Assembly: GCA_018817715.1 (NCBI GenBank) | Contig: JAHITT010000001.1 | Coordinates: forward strand, 109,781 to 173,780 | Length of the DNA: 64,000 nucleotides | Direction of reading: 5' to 3' | Source of the DNA: Patescibacteria group bacterium | GTDB lineage: Bacteria > Patescibacteriota > Patescibacteriia > Veblenbacterales > UBA10138 | Shown here: piece by piece, positions 54,787 through 64,000 of the stretch | How the letters are laid out: each line of letters starts with the position of its first letter | Numbering within the stretch: position 1 is the first letter of the stretch | Made by a program: the position numbers and the translations under genes | The notes under the pieces: generated by a model | Told to the model about the DNA's origin: nothing | The model's database searches: none | The model's input: only the letters and a program-made list of their open reading frames with translations

Positions 54787-55146
54787 CTACATTTTTATCT
54801 CAACATCGACACCGGCTGGCAAATTAAGGTTGGTTAAACCATCAATGGTTTTGGCTGTTGGATCCAGTATATCCAAAAGCCTCTTATGTATTCTCATTTC
54901 ATATTGTTCCCGAGCGTTCTTATGAACAAAACTGGAACTATTTACGGTATAACGCGTTAATTCGGTTGGTAAAGGTATTGGTCCAACCACTCTGGCACCA
55001 GTCCTTTGAGCTGTTTCCAAAATCGTGCGCATGGCTTGATCAATAATTTTATGGTCATAAGCTCGAATTTTTATTCGAACCCTAGACTTACTTTCCTCTT
55101 CTGACGCGGGTTTATTAACCTTATTGTCTGTCGTGTTAGTTACCAT
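54787..55146 (-). CDS. rpsJ: 30S ribosomal protein S10
   Basis: RIKIRAYDH, GPIPLPT, REQYEMRIHKRL. Confidence 0.98.
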   Translation of the reverse strand: MVTNTTDNKVNKPASEEESKSRVRIKIRAYDHKIIDQAMRTILETAQRTGARVVGPIPLPTELTRYTVNSSSFVHKNAREQYEMRIHKRLLDILDPTAKTIDGLTNLNLPAGVDVEIKM

Positions 55147-55191
55147 ACCGCAATTAAATCTTTTATTTTAAGTAAAGAGCTATTTTATAAA

Positions 55192-56394
55192 TTATTTAAC
55201 AATAGCCGATACCACACCAGCGCCGACGGTTCGACCGCCTTCACGTATGGCAAAACGTTGGGTAGCTTCCAAAGCTACTGGTGAAATTAACTTAACGTTA
55301 ATTTTAAGTTTATCGCCCGGCATAACCATTTCCGTACCTTCTGGCAAAATAACTTCACCTGTTACATCGGTTGTTCTAATGTAAAACTGAGGCTTATAAC
55401 CTTTTAAGAATGGTGTATGACGACCGCCTTCATCTTTAGTCAAAACATAAATCTCAGCTTCAAATTCAGTATGTGGAGTAACCGTACCTGGTTTGGCCAA
55501 AACCTGACCTCGTTCCACATCGTCCTTTTTTAAACCCCGCAAAAGCAACCCGGCATTATCACCAGCTCGCCCCTCATCTAACTGTTTATTAAACATTTCA
55601 ATACCAGTCACCACAGTCTTTTGAGTGTCTCTTAAACCAATTACTTCAACTTCATCATTCAACTTTAAAATACCACGCTCAATACGGCCAGTTACCACCG
55701 TACCTCGGCCTTCAATAGAAAAAATATCTTCAATCGGCATTAAGAAAGTTTTGTCCACTTCGCGAGTTGGCTCGGGAATATATTCATCTACTTTATTAAC
55801 CAATTCCATAATAGACTGAACATAAGGATCATCAGCTTTACCAGCCTTAGCCGCTTCCAAAGCCTTTAAAGCGCTACCGCGAATAATTGGGGTAGTATCA
55901 CCAGGAAATTCATATTTCTTAAGCAAATCCCTAACTTCTTCTTCCACCAAATCAATTAAATCTTTATCATCCACCATGTCAACTTTATTCAAAAAAACCA
56001 CAATATAAGGCACACCTACCTGACGAGCCAATAAAATATGCTCGCGAGTCTGAGGCATTGGACCATCAGCCGCCGACACAACTAAAATAGCGCCGTCCAT
56101 CTGGGCCGCACCAGTAATCATGTTTTTTACATAATCAGCGTGACCTGGACAATCCACGTGAGCGTAATGCCTCTTGCCTGATTCGTATTCAACGTGAGCG
56201 GTATTAATAGTAATACCACGAGCCTTTTCTTCCGGAGCATTGTCAATCTGATCGACTGACTTGTCCTGAGAAGCATGGCCACCCAACTTAAGTACCTGCA
56301 ACAAAGCCGCGGTCAAAGTAGTTTTGCCGTGGTCAACGTGACCGATAGTACCGATATTAATATGCGGTTTAGAACGGTCAAATTTGTCTGCCAT
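55192..56394 (-). CDS. tuf: elongation factor Tu
   Basis: [28 protein letters not shown]. Confidence 0.99.
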   Translation of the reverse strand: MADKFDRSKPHINIGTIGHVDHGKTTLTAALLQVLKLGGHASQDKSVDQIDNAPEEKARGITINTAHVEYESGKRHYAHVDCPGHADYVKNMITGAAQMDGAILVVSAADGPMPQTREHILLARQVGVPYIVVFLNKVDMVDDKDLIDLVEEEVRDLLKKYEFPGDTTPIIRGSALKALEAAKAGKADDPYVQSIMELVNKVDEYIPEPTREVDKTFLMPIEDIFSIEGRGTVVTGRIERGILKLNDEVEVIGLRDTQKTVVTGIEMFNKQLDEGRAGDNAGLLLRGLKKDDVERGQVLAKPGTVTPHTEFEAEIYVLTKDEGGRHTPFLKGYKPQFYIRTTDVTGEVILPEGTEMVMPGDKLKINVKLISPVALEATQRFAIREGGRTVGAGVVSAIVK

Positions 56395-56508
56395 ATTGAT
56401 TAACTCCTTTACGGCCCTAACTTATCCTGTTTTATTAGATTAACAGGCGCTAAGTTTAGCCAAAAATAATATCTAAAAAAAATATTTAATAATTTAGTAG
56501 CTTGCTTA

Positions 56509-56537
56509 CTCTAGCACGACTTTAAAACTTTAGCAAG
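56509..56537 (-). promoter_or_regulatory. internal sigma70 promoter for tuf
   Basis: TTGCTA-17-TAGAGT with extended TG. Confidence 0.5.
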
Positions 56538-56554
56538 TCCCCCCTTAAGGACCT

Positions 56555-56884
56555 TTAGATTGGTTCGGGGTAATACTCGTCATCATTACTTAACCCGCCA
56601 ACTAAACCACCTATTTCCTCCACCTCACCTAATTTAGACTGCGGTAAAGCAATTGGTTCGACTGGTTTACTTTTAGGTGGCCGACCGCGCTTCTTAGTAG
56701 CTGAAGGTGCTAAAGAATTTTTAATAGGTAACGAATCAAGATTTTTTTTACCTTTTACTAAAGCCTCATAATGTTCCAAAGAAGTCAGAATTAAAGTTTG
56801 ACCAGATGGTAATATTACCACCACTTTATCACTGACTGGTCCTAGTAATGCAGCTAAACGTTGCCAATCCAAAACCTCTGACAT
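56555..56884 (-). CDS. hypothetical protein with AT-hook motif, between fusA and tuf
   Basis: Starts 3 nt after the fusA stop; KKRGRPPK; acidic C-terminus DDEYYPEPI. Confidence 0.8.
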   Translation of the reverse strand: MSEVLDWQRLAALLGPVSDKVVVILPSGQTLILTSLEHYEALVKGKKNLDSLPIKNSLAPSATKKRGRPPKSKPVEPIALPQSKLGEVEEIGGLVGGLSNDDEYYPEPI

Positions 56885-56887
56885 AAA

Positions 56888-58966
56888 TTAACTCTTAGCT
56901 TTATCGCCGATTATGGTTTCGGCTACGTGCCGAGGCACTTCAGCGTAATGATCAAACTCCATAGTATTAGAACCACGGCCTTGGGTCATTGACCGAAGAT
57001 TAGTGGCATAGCCGAACATTTCCGATAAAGGCACCAGAGCATCCACCACTTTGGCGTTAGTTCGATCACGCATTTCTAATATTTGACCTCGTTTGGAATT
57101 TAAATCACCAATTACATCACCCATAAAATTTTCCGGCATAACAACTTCTATTTTCATAATCGGTTCTAAAATAACCGGAGTAGCTTGCCTAAAAGCCGAC
57201 TGAAAAGCCATAGAACCAGCAATTTTAAAAGCCGCTTCGGAAGAGTCCACATCATGATAACTACCATCGTAAACAGCCGCCTTAATATCGACCACTGGAT
57301 AACCGGCCAAAATACCATTTTCTAAAGCTTCTTTAATACCTTTTTGGATAGCTGGGATAAATTCACGAGGAATCACACCGCCTCTAACTTCATCAATAAA
57401 TTCAAAACCTTTACCAGTTTCATTCGGCTCTACCCTTACCCAACAATGACCATATTGACCATGGCCACCAGATTGACGGATATATTTACCTTCCGCCTGA
57501 GCGATTTTAGTAATAGTTTCTTTATAAGCCACCTGGGGACGACCAACATTAGCCTCCACCTTAAACTCGCGTCTCATTCTATCAACAATCACATCTAAAT
57601 GTAATTCACCCATTCCCCAAATAATTAACTGACCTGTTTCTTCATCGCTGCGTACCCGGAAAGTTGGATCTTCTTCGGCTAACTTCTGCAAAGCTATGCC
57701 CATTTTTTCCTGATCAACTTTAGTCTTAGGCTCAATAGCCAAAGAAATAACTGGCTCAGGAAAAGTAATGGATTCTAAAATTACTGGATTAGCTTCATCG
57801 CACAAAGTATTACCAGTGGTTGTAACTTTTAAACCAACCGCCGCCACTATGTCACCAGCATAAACCTCTTGCACATCTTCGCGACTATTGGCATGCAAAC
57901 GGACAATCCGACTAATTCTTTCTCGTTCACCATTGGTTGAATTCAAAACATAAGAACCAGACTTTAAAGTACCAGAATAAACCCTAAAAAAGGCCAGCTT
58001 ACCTATAAAAGGATCGGCGGCGATTTTAAAAGCCAAAGCAGAAAAAGATTCTTTGTCATCTGTGCCACGCTTAACCTCTTCTTCTGTACCAGGTTTAAGT
58101 CCTTTAATCGGCGGCACTTCCAAAGGTGATGGCAAATAATCTATAACCCCATCCAACAAAAATTGAACACCTTTATTTTTTAAAGCTGAACCACAAAATA
58201 TCGGCACGATTTTATTAGCAATACAAGCCTGCCGTAAAACCTTTTTTAAATCGGCTACTGGAATTTCTTTGCCTTCTAAATAAACGCTTAATAATTTATC
58301 ATCATGCTCGGCTATGGCTTCAATTAATTTATGGCGATATTCTTCCACTTTGTCTTTCATGTCTTCGGGCACGGCTATCTCTTCCCATTCTTTACCCATA
58401 TCATCTTTATAAATAACTGCTTGACGAGTAAGTAAATCTATAATGCCAGTAAAAGTTTCGGCCGCGCCAATTGGTAATTGAACTGGAAAAGCACTTTTAG
58501 TTAAACGTTCGTGAATGGAAGCAACATCAGCATAAAAATCAGCACCCATACGATCCATTTTGTTTATAAAGGCCAAACGTGGCACTTTGTATTCATCAGC
58601 ATAGCGCCAATTAGTTTCCGATTGTGGCTCTACACCAGCTACACCATCAAAAACCACTACACCACCATCTAAAACGCGCATACTACGTTTAACTTCCACA
58701 GTAAAATCAATATGACCCGGTGTATCTATTAAATTAATTTGATGCCCTTTCCAAAAACAAGTGGTAGCGGCGGCGGTTATAGTAATACCTCTTTCTCTTT
58801 CTTGTTCCATCCAATCCATAGTAGCTTCACCTTCATGAACTTCGCCAATTTTATGTTTTTTGCCAGTATAAAACAAAATACGCTCGGAAACGGTTGTTTT
58901 ACCAGCATCAATATGAGCAATTACCCCTATATTACGTACTTTATCCAAACTGTATTCACGAGCCAT
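56888..58966 (-). CDS. fusA: elongation factor G
   Basis: [33 protein letters not shown]. Confidence 0.99.
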   Translation of the reverse strand: MAREYSLDKVRNIGVIAHIDAGKTTVSERILFYTGKKHKIGEVHEGEATMDWMEQERERGITITAAATTCFWKGHQINLIDTPGHIDFTVEVKRSMRVLDGGVVVFDGVAGVEPQSETNWRYADEYKVPRLAFINKMDRMGADFYADVASIHERLTKSAFPVQLPIGAAETFTGIIDLLTRQAVIYKDDMGKEWEEIAVPEDMKDKVEEYRHKLIEAIAEHDDKLLSVYLEGKEIPVADLKKVLRQACIANKIVPIFCGSALKNKGVQFLLDGVIDYLPSPLEVPPIKGLKPGTEEEVKRGTDDKESFSALAFKIAADPFIGKLAFFRVYSGTLKSGSYVLNSTNGERERISRIVRLHANSREDVQEVYAGDIVAAVGLKVTTTGNTLCDEANPVILESITFPEPVISLAIEPKTKVDQEKMGIALQKLAEEDPTFRVRSDEETGQLIIWGMGELHLDVIVDRMRREFKVEANVGRPQVAYKETITKIAQAEGKYIRQSGGHGQYGHCWVRVEPNETGKGFEFIDEVRGGVIPREFIPAIQKGIKEALENGILAGYPVVDIKAAVYDGSYHDVDSSEAAFKIAGSMAFQSAFRQATPVILEPIMKIEVVMPENFMGDVIGDLNSKRGQILEMRDRTNAKVVDALVPLSEMFGYATNLRSMTQGRGSNTMEFDHYAEVPRHVAETIIGDKAKS

Positions 58967-59069
58967 AATAGATAAATCAAAAATTAAAAGTCTTCACCCA
59001 AGGCCTAACCGCTTTGGGCAGTAAGTTTATTATAAAAAATAACCAATAACGATTAACGAACTACCCATC

Positions 59070-59537
59070 TTAAGCAAAATGAGCAAAAGCACGGTTGGCT
59101 TCGGCCATACGATGCACATCCTGTTTTTTCTTAATGGCATCACCTTCATTGTTAGCAGCCGCCATTAATTCCTCGGCCAATTTTAAATGTGTCGGGCGGC
59201 CCTTTTTGGCTCGAGTAGCAGTAATTATCCAACGCATGGCCAAAGTTTGCTTGCGATCTCCCCGAACTTCAATGGGCACTTGATAATTAGCCCCACCTAC
59301 TCGGCGGCTTTTTACTTCTACTTGAGGAGAAACGTTCTTCATAGCCTCATCAAACAAATCCAAAGGTGGCTGTTTGGTCTTTTTTTCCATTTCCGCCAAA
59401 GCTTCATACATTATTTTTCTGGCTACGGTTTTTTTACCGCGTTCCATCAAATGATTTATAAACTTGGCCAACACTACACTGCCGTATTTAGGATCTGGTT
59501 CAATTACTCTTTTAATTGCTTGCTTTTTGCCTCTCAT
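59070..59537 (-). CDS. rpsG: 30S ribosomal protein S7
   Basis: RRVGGANYQVP, HRMAEANRAFAH. Confidence 0.99.
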   Translation of the reverse strand: MRGKKQAIKRVIEPDPKYGSVVLAKFINHLMERGKKTVARKIMYEALAEMEKKTKQPPLDLFDEAMKNVSPQVEVKSRRVGGANYQVPIEVRGDRKQTLAMRWIITATRAKKGRPTHLKLAEELMAAANNEGDAIKKKQDVHRMAEANRAFAHFA

Positions 59538-59551
59538 AAATAATCTTAAGC

Positions 59552-59971
59552 TTAGGATTTAGGTTTTTTAACGCCGTATAAAGAACGACCTTGTTTTCTG
59601 TTTTCTACTCCCGAAGTATCATAAACTCCCCTAACAATATGATAACGAACACCTGGTAAATCTTTTACTCGGCCACCCCGGATTAAAACAATAGAGTGCT
59701 CTTGTAAATTATGCCCCACGCCCGGAATATAAGCGGTTACTTCCATACCATTAGACAGGCGAACACGGGCGATTTTCCGCAAAGCTGAGTTAGGTTTTTT
59801 TGGTGTCGTAGTAGTTACCTTAACGCAAACCCCTCTTTTAAAAGCGCTACCCTTAGATAAATAAGTACGCTTGCGCCTTTGGACATTAAAAATAGATTCC
59901 AAGGCTGGAGTTTTGGATTTTTTAGGTAAAGTCTTGCGACCTTTACGCAATAACTGATTTATCGTAGGCAT
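59552..59971 (-). CDS. rpsL: 30S ribosomal protein S12
   Basis: [29 protein letters not shown]. Confidence 0.99.
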   Translation of the reverse strand: MPTINQLLRKGRKTLPKKSKTPALESIFNVQRRKRTYLSKGSAFKRGVCVKVTTTTPKKPNSALRKIARVRLSNGMEVTAYIPGVGHNLQEHSIVLIRGGRVKDLPGVRYHIVRGVYDTSGVENRKQGRSLYGVKKPKS

Positions 59972-60057
59972 AAATTTATAATACTTTTTGGAGCCTTAAG
60001 GATTAACCTTTAAAAGATAAAAAAACAGCTCCACCCAACTATTTATATACGGCTCGG

Positions 60058-60086
60058 AGTGTAACAAGTATTAAGCCGAACGTCAA
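60058..60086 (-). promoter_or_regulatory. sigma70 promoter of str operon
   Basis: TTGACG-17-TACACT with extended TG. Confidence 0.7.
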
Positions 60087-60142
60087 GTCAAGCCTTAAAT
60101 AAGCTCACAAGTCCAATTTTATTTATAACTTCTTTAAAATTT

Positions 60143-60760
60143 TTAAAATAAACTACCCGGTGCCACAGCCAATTGAAGCAAAAATTCCATAATCGGCCTT
60201 AACCAATCAAACAGGAATAAAATAAAGAAAAACAAAACAAAAATACCGTATTTTTCCAACCACAATTTAAAACCATACCATTTATCCGGTAATAAAACAT
60301 ACAAAATTTTGGAACCATCCAAAGGCGGAATAGGCACTAAATTAAATACGGCCAATAAAATATTAGCGTAAATAACAATAGTTAAAAAATTAGTCAAACT
60401 ACCCAAATTAACTAACTGAACTACCAAACCTAAAACAAAAGCCACCAGTAGATTAATTACCGGACCAGCCCCACCCACTAAAGCACTGCCCCACTTTTGC
60501 GCCCGTAAAGCCAAAGGATTAAAAGGTACCGGCTTGGCATAAGCAAACAAAAAACCACCGCCCGACACAAAAAACAGCAAAAAAGGTAAAAACAAAGTTC
60601 CCCAAGGATCAATATGGGGCACTGGATTAATAGTTAATCGGCCAGCTAAACGCGGTGTCGGGTCGCCCAAACGATCGGCCATCCAAGCGTGAGCGTATTC
60701 ATGTAAAATAGCTGACGGGATAATAACTATTAAGAAAAAAACCATTTCTAAACTGGACAT
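60143..60760 (-). CDS. site-2 protease family (M50) zinc metalloprotease
   Basis: HEYAH, GDPTP..GRLTINP, FNLVPIPPLDG. Confidence 0.95.
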   Translation of the reverse strand: MSSLEMVFFLIVIIPSAILHEYAHAWMADRLGDPTPRLAGRLTINPVPHIDPWGTLFLPFLLFFVSGGGFLFAYAKPVPFNPLALRAQKWGSALVGGAGPVINLLVAFVLGLVVQLVNLGSLTNFLTIVIYANILLAVFNLVPIPPLDGSKILYVLLPDKWYGFKLWLEKYGIFVLFFFILFLFDWLRPIMEFLLQLAVAPGSLF

Positions 60761-60765
60761 ATAAC

Positions 60766-60793
60766 TTGACGAATAAACTAATAATGCTATACT
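60766..60793 (+). promoter_or_regulatory. sigma70 promoter for rpmB
   Basis: TTGACG-16-TATACT with extended TG. Confidence 0.65.
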
Positions 60794-60861
60794 AAGCTAG
60801 TTTTAAAACTGTCTTGGTAAGTAATACTATAACTTAAATTTAAGCTAATTTCAATCATTTT

Positions 60862-61038
60862 ATGGCTAGAACTTGCGATAAGTGCGCCCGCGGCTATTTA
60901 AAAGCCTTGTCGCGCAGTCACTCCAATATACCAACCCTTAAGCGCCAACATATTAATTTGCAAAGCAAAGTAGTAGATGGTAAAAGGCAAAAACTTTGTA
61001 CTCGTTGTATTAAGGGTTTAAGCAAAAAATCTAATTAG
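60862..61038 (+). CDS. rpmB: 50S ribosomal protein L28 (four-Cys type)
   Basis: Manual translation MARTCDKCARGYLKALSRSHSNIPTLKRQHINLQSKVVDGKRQKLCTRCIKGLSKKSN. Confidence 0.93.
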   Translation: MARTCDKCARGYLKALSRSHSNIPTLKRQHINLQSKVVDGKRQKLCTRCIKGLSKKSN

Positions 61039-61056
61039 TTCATCTAATTTTCCTTC

Positions 61057-61085
61057 AAAGTCTCTGCTCCATCAGAGACTTTTTT
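61057..61085 (+). terminator. intrinsic terminator after rpmB
   Basis: AAGTCTCTG-CTCCAT-CAGAGACTT followed by a T-run. Confidence 0.75.
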
Positions 61086-61174
61086 GATTAAAAAATAACT
61101 AAAAACAAATTGACAAAAGGCCTGTTGAATAATAAAATTGACAATATCTTAGCTAAAATTACAGCAACTATTTT

Positions 61175-63034
61175 ATGACTTCTGTCAGTTCTGTCCGCCA
61201 AGCTTATTTAAATTATTTTAAGCAACAACAACATGCTGTTGTGCCTTCGGCACCGCTAGTACCAGACAACGATCCTTCCACCTTATTTACCTCGGCCGGC
61301 ATGCAACCAATAATCCCCTACCTAATGGGCACTAAACATCCTTTAGGCAGTCGCTTGGTTAATTCACAAAAATGTTTTCGCACTCAAGATATCGACGAAG
61401 TCGGTGACAATCGACACACAACCTTTTTTGAAATGTTGGGTAATTGGAGTTTGGGAGATTATTTTAAAAAAGAACAAATTCATTTTGTTTTTGATTTTTT
61501 GGTTAATCATATAAAACTTAATCCCGAGCGTTTATATGTTACAATTTTTCGCGGCGACCCTAACCTTAAAATTGACCAAGATACCGAAGCGGCCGATTTA
61601 TGGAAAAATGAATTTGCCACTGTCGGACTAACCGCTTTAACCGTGCTTAATCCAGAAACAGAAGGTCTAAAAGACGGCCGAATATTTTTTTATGATGATA
61701 GTAAGAATTGGTGGTCCCGGGCTGGTCAACCACAAAATATGCCAGTCGGCGAACTAGGCGGGCCAGATTCAGAAATTTTTTGGGATTTTGGTGCTGATTT
61801 AAAACTGCACGAAAACTCAGCTTGGCAAAATAAACCTTGCCACCCTAATTGCGACTGTGGCCGGTTTATGGAAATTGGTAACAGTGTTTTTATGCAATAT
61901 GCAAAAACTCCAAACGGGTTTGCCCCCTTACCGCAAAAAAATATTGACTTCGGCGGCGGTTTGGAAAGAATTACAGCGGCCGCTAACAACCAACCGGACA
62001 TTTTTAAATTAGATGTTTTTAAAGAAGCTTTAACAATCTTAGAAAAACTAAGCAAGCACACTTATAAGCAAGACGAAATTACCGCTAAATCTTTTAGAGT
62101 AATTTTAGATCATTTAAGGGCTGTAACTTTTTTGCTGAACGACAATGTTTTACCCAGTAATAAAGACCAAGGCTATTTTACCCGCCGGCTAATCCGCCGA
62201 GCCGTACGCTACGCTAACTTAATCGGCCTTAATGAGCCTTTTACCGATAAATTAATCAAAACTTTTATCAACGTTTACGCCAACGATTTTCCCGAACTTA
62301 AAGACCGCCAAGACTCTTTGATAAAAGAAATTTCCAAAGAAGAAACTAAATTTTTAACAACCATTAATAAAGGACTGAACGAATTTAAAAAAATCACCAT
62401 TACTAATAATACGATAACCGGCCAGGACGCTTTTAACTTATTCGCCAGCCACGGCTTTCCTATTGAAATGACGGAAGAAATTGCCACTGAACAAGGCTTT
62501 AAAGTAGACAAAGAAACTTTTTATAAATTACTTAAAGAGCATCAAGATAATTCCCGCACCGCCTCCATAGGCAAATTTCAAGGTGGTTTAGCTGATCACG
62601 GTGAATTAACCACTCGCCTGCACACCGCTACTCACTTAACTCTGCAAGCTTTAAAACAAGTTTTAGATCCACAAATCCAACAAAAAGGTTCTAATATTAC
62701 ACCCCAAAGATTGCGCTTGGATTTTTCTTATCCTAATAAAATAACACCAGAGCAAATAAACCAAGTAGAAACCATAGTTAATGAGCAGATAAAATTAAAC
62801 CTGCCGGTTGTTTGTAAAGAAATGACTTTAGATGAAGCCAAAACTTTAGGAGCCACTGGCGTATTTGAAAATAAATACGGCGCTAGAGTAAAAGTTTATT
62901 CAGTTGGTAATTTTTCCAAAGAAATTTGCGGCGGTCCGCATGTTACCGCTACCGGTGAGTTGGGTACTTATAAAATAACCAAAGAAGAAGCTTCCTCGGC
63001 CGGCGTTAGGCGTCTTAAGGCTGAATTACTATAA
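61175..63034 (+). CDS. alaS: alanine--tRNA ligase, short form without C-Ala domain
   Basis: LFTSAGM, HTTFFEMLGNWS.GDYFK, DFGGGLER; editing motifs HTATH and EICGGPH; ends at GVRRLKA. Confidence 0.96.
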   Translation: MTSVSSVRQAYLNYFKQQQHAVVPSAPLVPDNDPSTLFTSAGMQPIIPYLMGTKHPLGSRLVNSQKCFRTQDIDEVGDNRHTTFFEMLGNWSLGDYFKKEQIHFVFDFLVNHIKLNPERLYVTIFRGDPNLKIDQDTEAADLWKNEFATVGLTALTVLNPETEGLKDGRIFFYDDSKNWWSRAGQPQNMPVGELGGPDSEIFWDFGADLKLHENSAWQNKPCHPNCDCGRFMEIGNSVFMQYAKTPNGFAPLPQKNIDFGGGLERITAAANNQPDIFKLDVFKEALTILEKLSKHTYKQDEITAKSFRVILDHLRAVTFLLNDNVLPSNKDQGYFTRRLIRRAVRYANLIGLNEPFTDKLIKTFINVYANDFPELKDRQDSLIKEISKEETKFLTTINKGLNEFKKITITNNTITGQDAFNLFASHGFPIEMTEEIATEQGFKVDKETFYKLLKEHQDNSRTASIGKFQGGLADHGELTTRLHTATHLTLQALKQVLDPQIQQKGSNITPQRLRLDFSYPNKITPEQINQVETIVNEQIKLNLPVVCKEMTLDEAKTLGATGVFENKYGARVKVYSVGNFSKEICGGPHVTATGELGTYKITKEEASSAGVRRLKAELL

Positions 63035-63059
63035 AATCACCATGAAAATATTAATTACT

Positions 63060-63093
63060 AAATACTCTTGGGTAATTAACTAAGAGTATTTTT
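63060..63093 (+). terminator. intrinsic terminator after alaS
   Basis: AAATACTCTT..AAGAGTATTT followed by Ts. Confidence 0.65.
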
Positions 63094-63146
63094 CTGATAT
63101 CATAAACAATATCCTTTTATTATTTTTAAATATTAATAGTAACTTT

Positions 63147-64000
63147 ATGAGAATAAATAATAAAAAAATGAGAGTAGCGGTTATTGGTCTAGGTAAACAG
63201 AGTTTGGAAGATCATGTACCAGGTATAATTGGTTCCAGGGAAGCTGAGTTAATTTCAGTTTGTGATATTAACTCAGAAATCGTTGAAAAAATATCCCAAA
63301 AATACAAAGTACCTGGCTATAGTGACTCAGAAAAGATGTTAAATAATGAAAAACTCGATTTCATTCTTGTATCAGTACCTCATTATGCATACCAAACAAT
63401 AGTTGAATCTGCTATAAAACATAAAATAAATATCATTAAAGAAAAACCCTTTGCTATTGATCTAAAATCTGCCAAAAAAATTGTTGAATCGGCTAATAAT
63501 AACGGTGTCCATATTTTAACTACCGTACAAAGGAGGTTTAATCCTATATTTACAACTTTTTTACAACTAGTAAATAAAATAGGTAAAATTTCTTTTTTTG
63601 AAGGTCGCTACACCTTTTTTACTCCCGACCCAGATGGTGGTTGGCGAGGTCAAAAAAAATTAGCTGGCGGAGGATGCTTAATTGATATGGGTTATCACAT
63701 GATTGACCTAATAATATGGTATTTTGGTATGCCTGATAAAATATTTGCAGAAATGTCAGCTACAGCTAAAGAAAACTGCGACTATGATGCCGAGGACACA
63801 GCCTCTTTAACTATGAAATTCGACAAACAAGAAATTTGGGGAAACCTTTTCATTTCCAGAGTGGTCCCGCCCAAAAACGAAATATTTCGAGTAGTAGGCA
63901 CTCGCGGTATAATTGAATTAGAACGGGGTCGACTTGAAAGATTTTCCTCTGATGGTAAAAGTCTAGAAAAATTGTTAAGGGAAAACTCGTGGCCCTCTGC
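63147..64000 (+). CDS. Gfo/Idh/MocA oxidoreductase, 3' end outside window
   Basis: Not in ORF track. MRINNKKMRVAVIGLGKQ.., KEKPFA, GGGCLIDMGYHMIDL. Confidence 0.9.
   Translation, partial: MRINNKKMRVAVIGLGKQSLEDHVPGIIGSREAELISVCDINSEIVEKISQKYKVPGYSDSEKMLNNEKLDFILVSVPHYAYQTIVESAIKHKINIIKEKPFAIDLKSAKKIVESANNNGVHILTTVQRRFNPIFTTFLQLVNKIGKISFFEGRYTFFTPDPDGGWRGQKKLAGGGCLIDMGYHMIDLIIWYFGMPDKIFAEMSATAKENCDYDAEDTASLTMKFDKQEIWGNLFISRVVPPKNEIFRVVGTRGIIELERGRLERFSSDGKSLEKLLRENSWPS

Noticed and set aside
44741-62511. Many short antisense ORFs inside ribosomal, tuf, fusA and alaS genes (likewise 2418, 5564, 6771, 20553, 27581, 30060, 30522, 34961 and others)
   Set aside because: Shadow frames of well-supported genes.

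Overview
AT-rich bacterial chromosome segment, most likely Patescibacteria/CPR (Parcubacteria-like). Support: no rpmD/L30 between rpsE and rplO, few Shine-Dalgarno motifs, short AspRS and AlaRS; TGA is used as stop, so code 11. Mostly core genes: str-S10-spc ribosomal cluster (rpsL to map), dnaB/recR, scpAB, aspS/asnS/alaS, tpiA, transporters, five tRNAs. Genes missing from the ORF track: rpmG, rpmB, two edge-truncated CDSs and two candidate microproteins. Best novelty candidate: a family of small structured elements behind three tRNA genes (Trp, Tyr, Lys). Each has a 10-11 nt sequence antisense to the T-arm of its own tRNA, then a shared TCGAAGGG(T/C)(A/G)CG motif; two end in an exact copy of the last 20 nt of that tRNA. 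Also notable: two ECF sigma regulons with readable promoters (GTTAC-N16-CGTA x3 for a sigma operon plus two SIMPL paralogs; TGAAAC-N16/17-TGTA x2), a cassette beside tRNA-Lys encoding a sortase-anchored DUF3494 ice-binding-like protein, many apparently leaderless genes, an acidic 45-aa protein after rplU, an AT-hook protein inside the str operon, and structured RNA between rpsJ and rplC. All calls come from reading the sequence; no searches were run.
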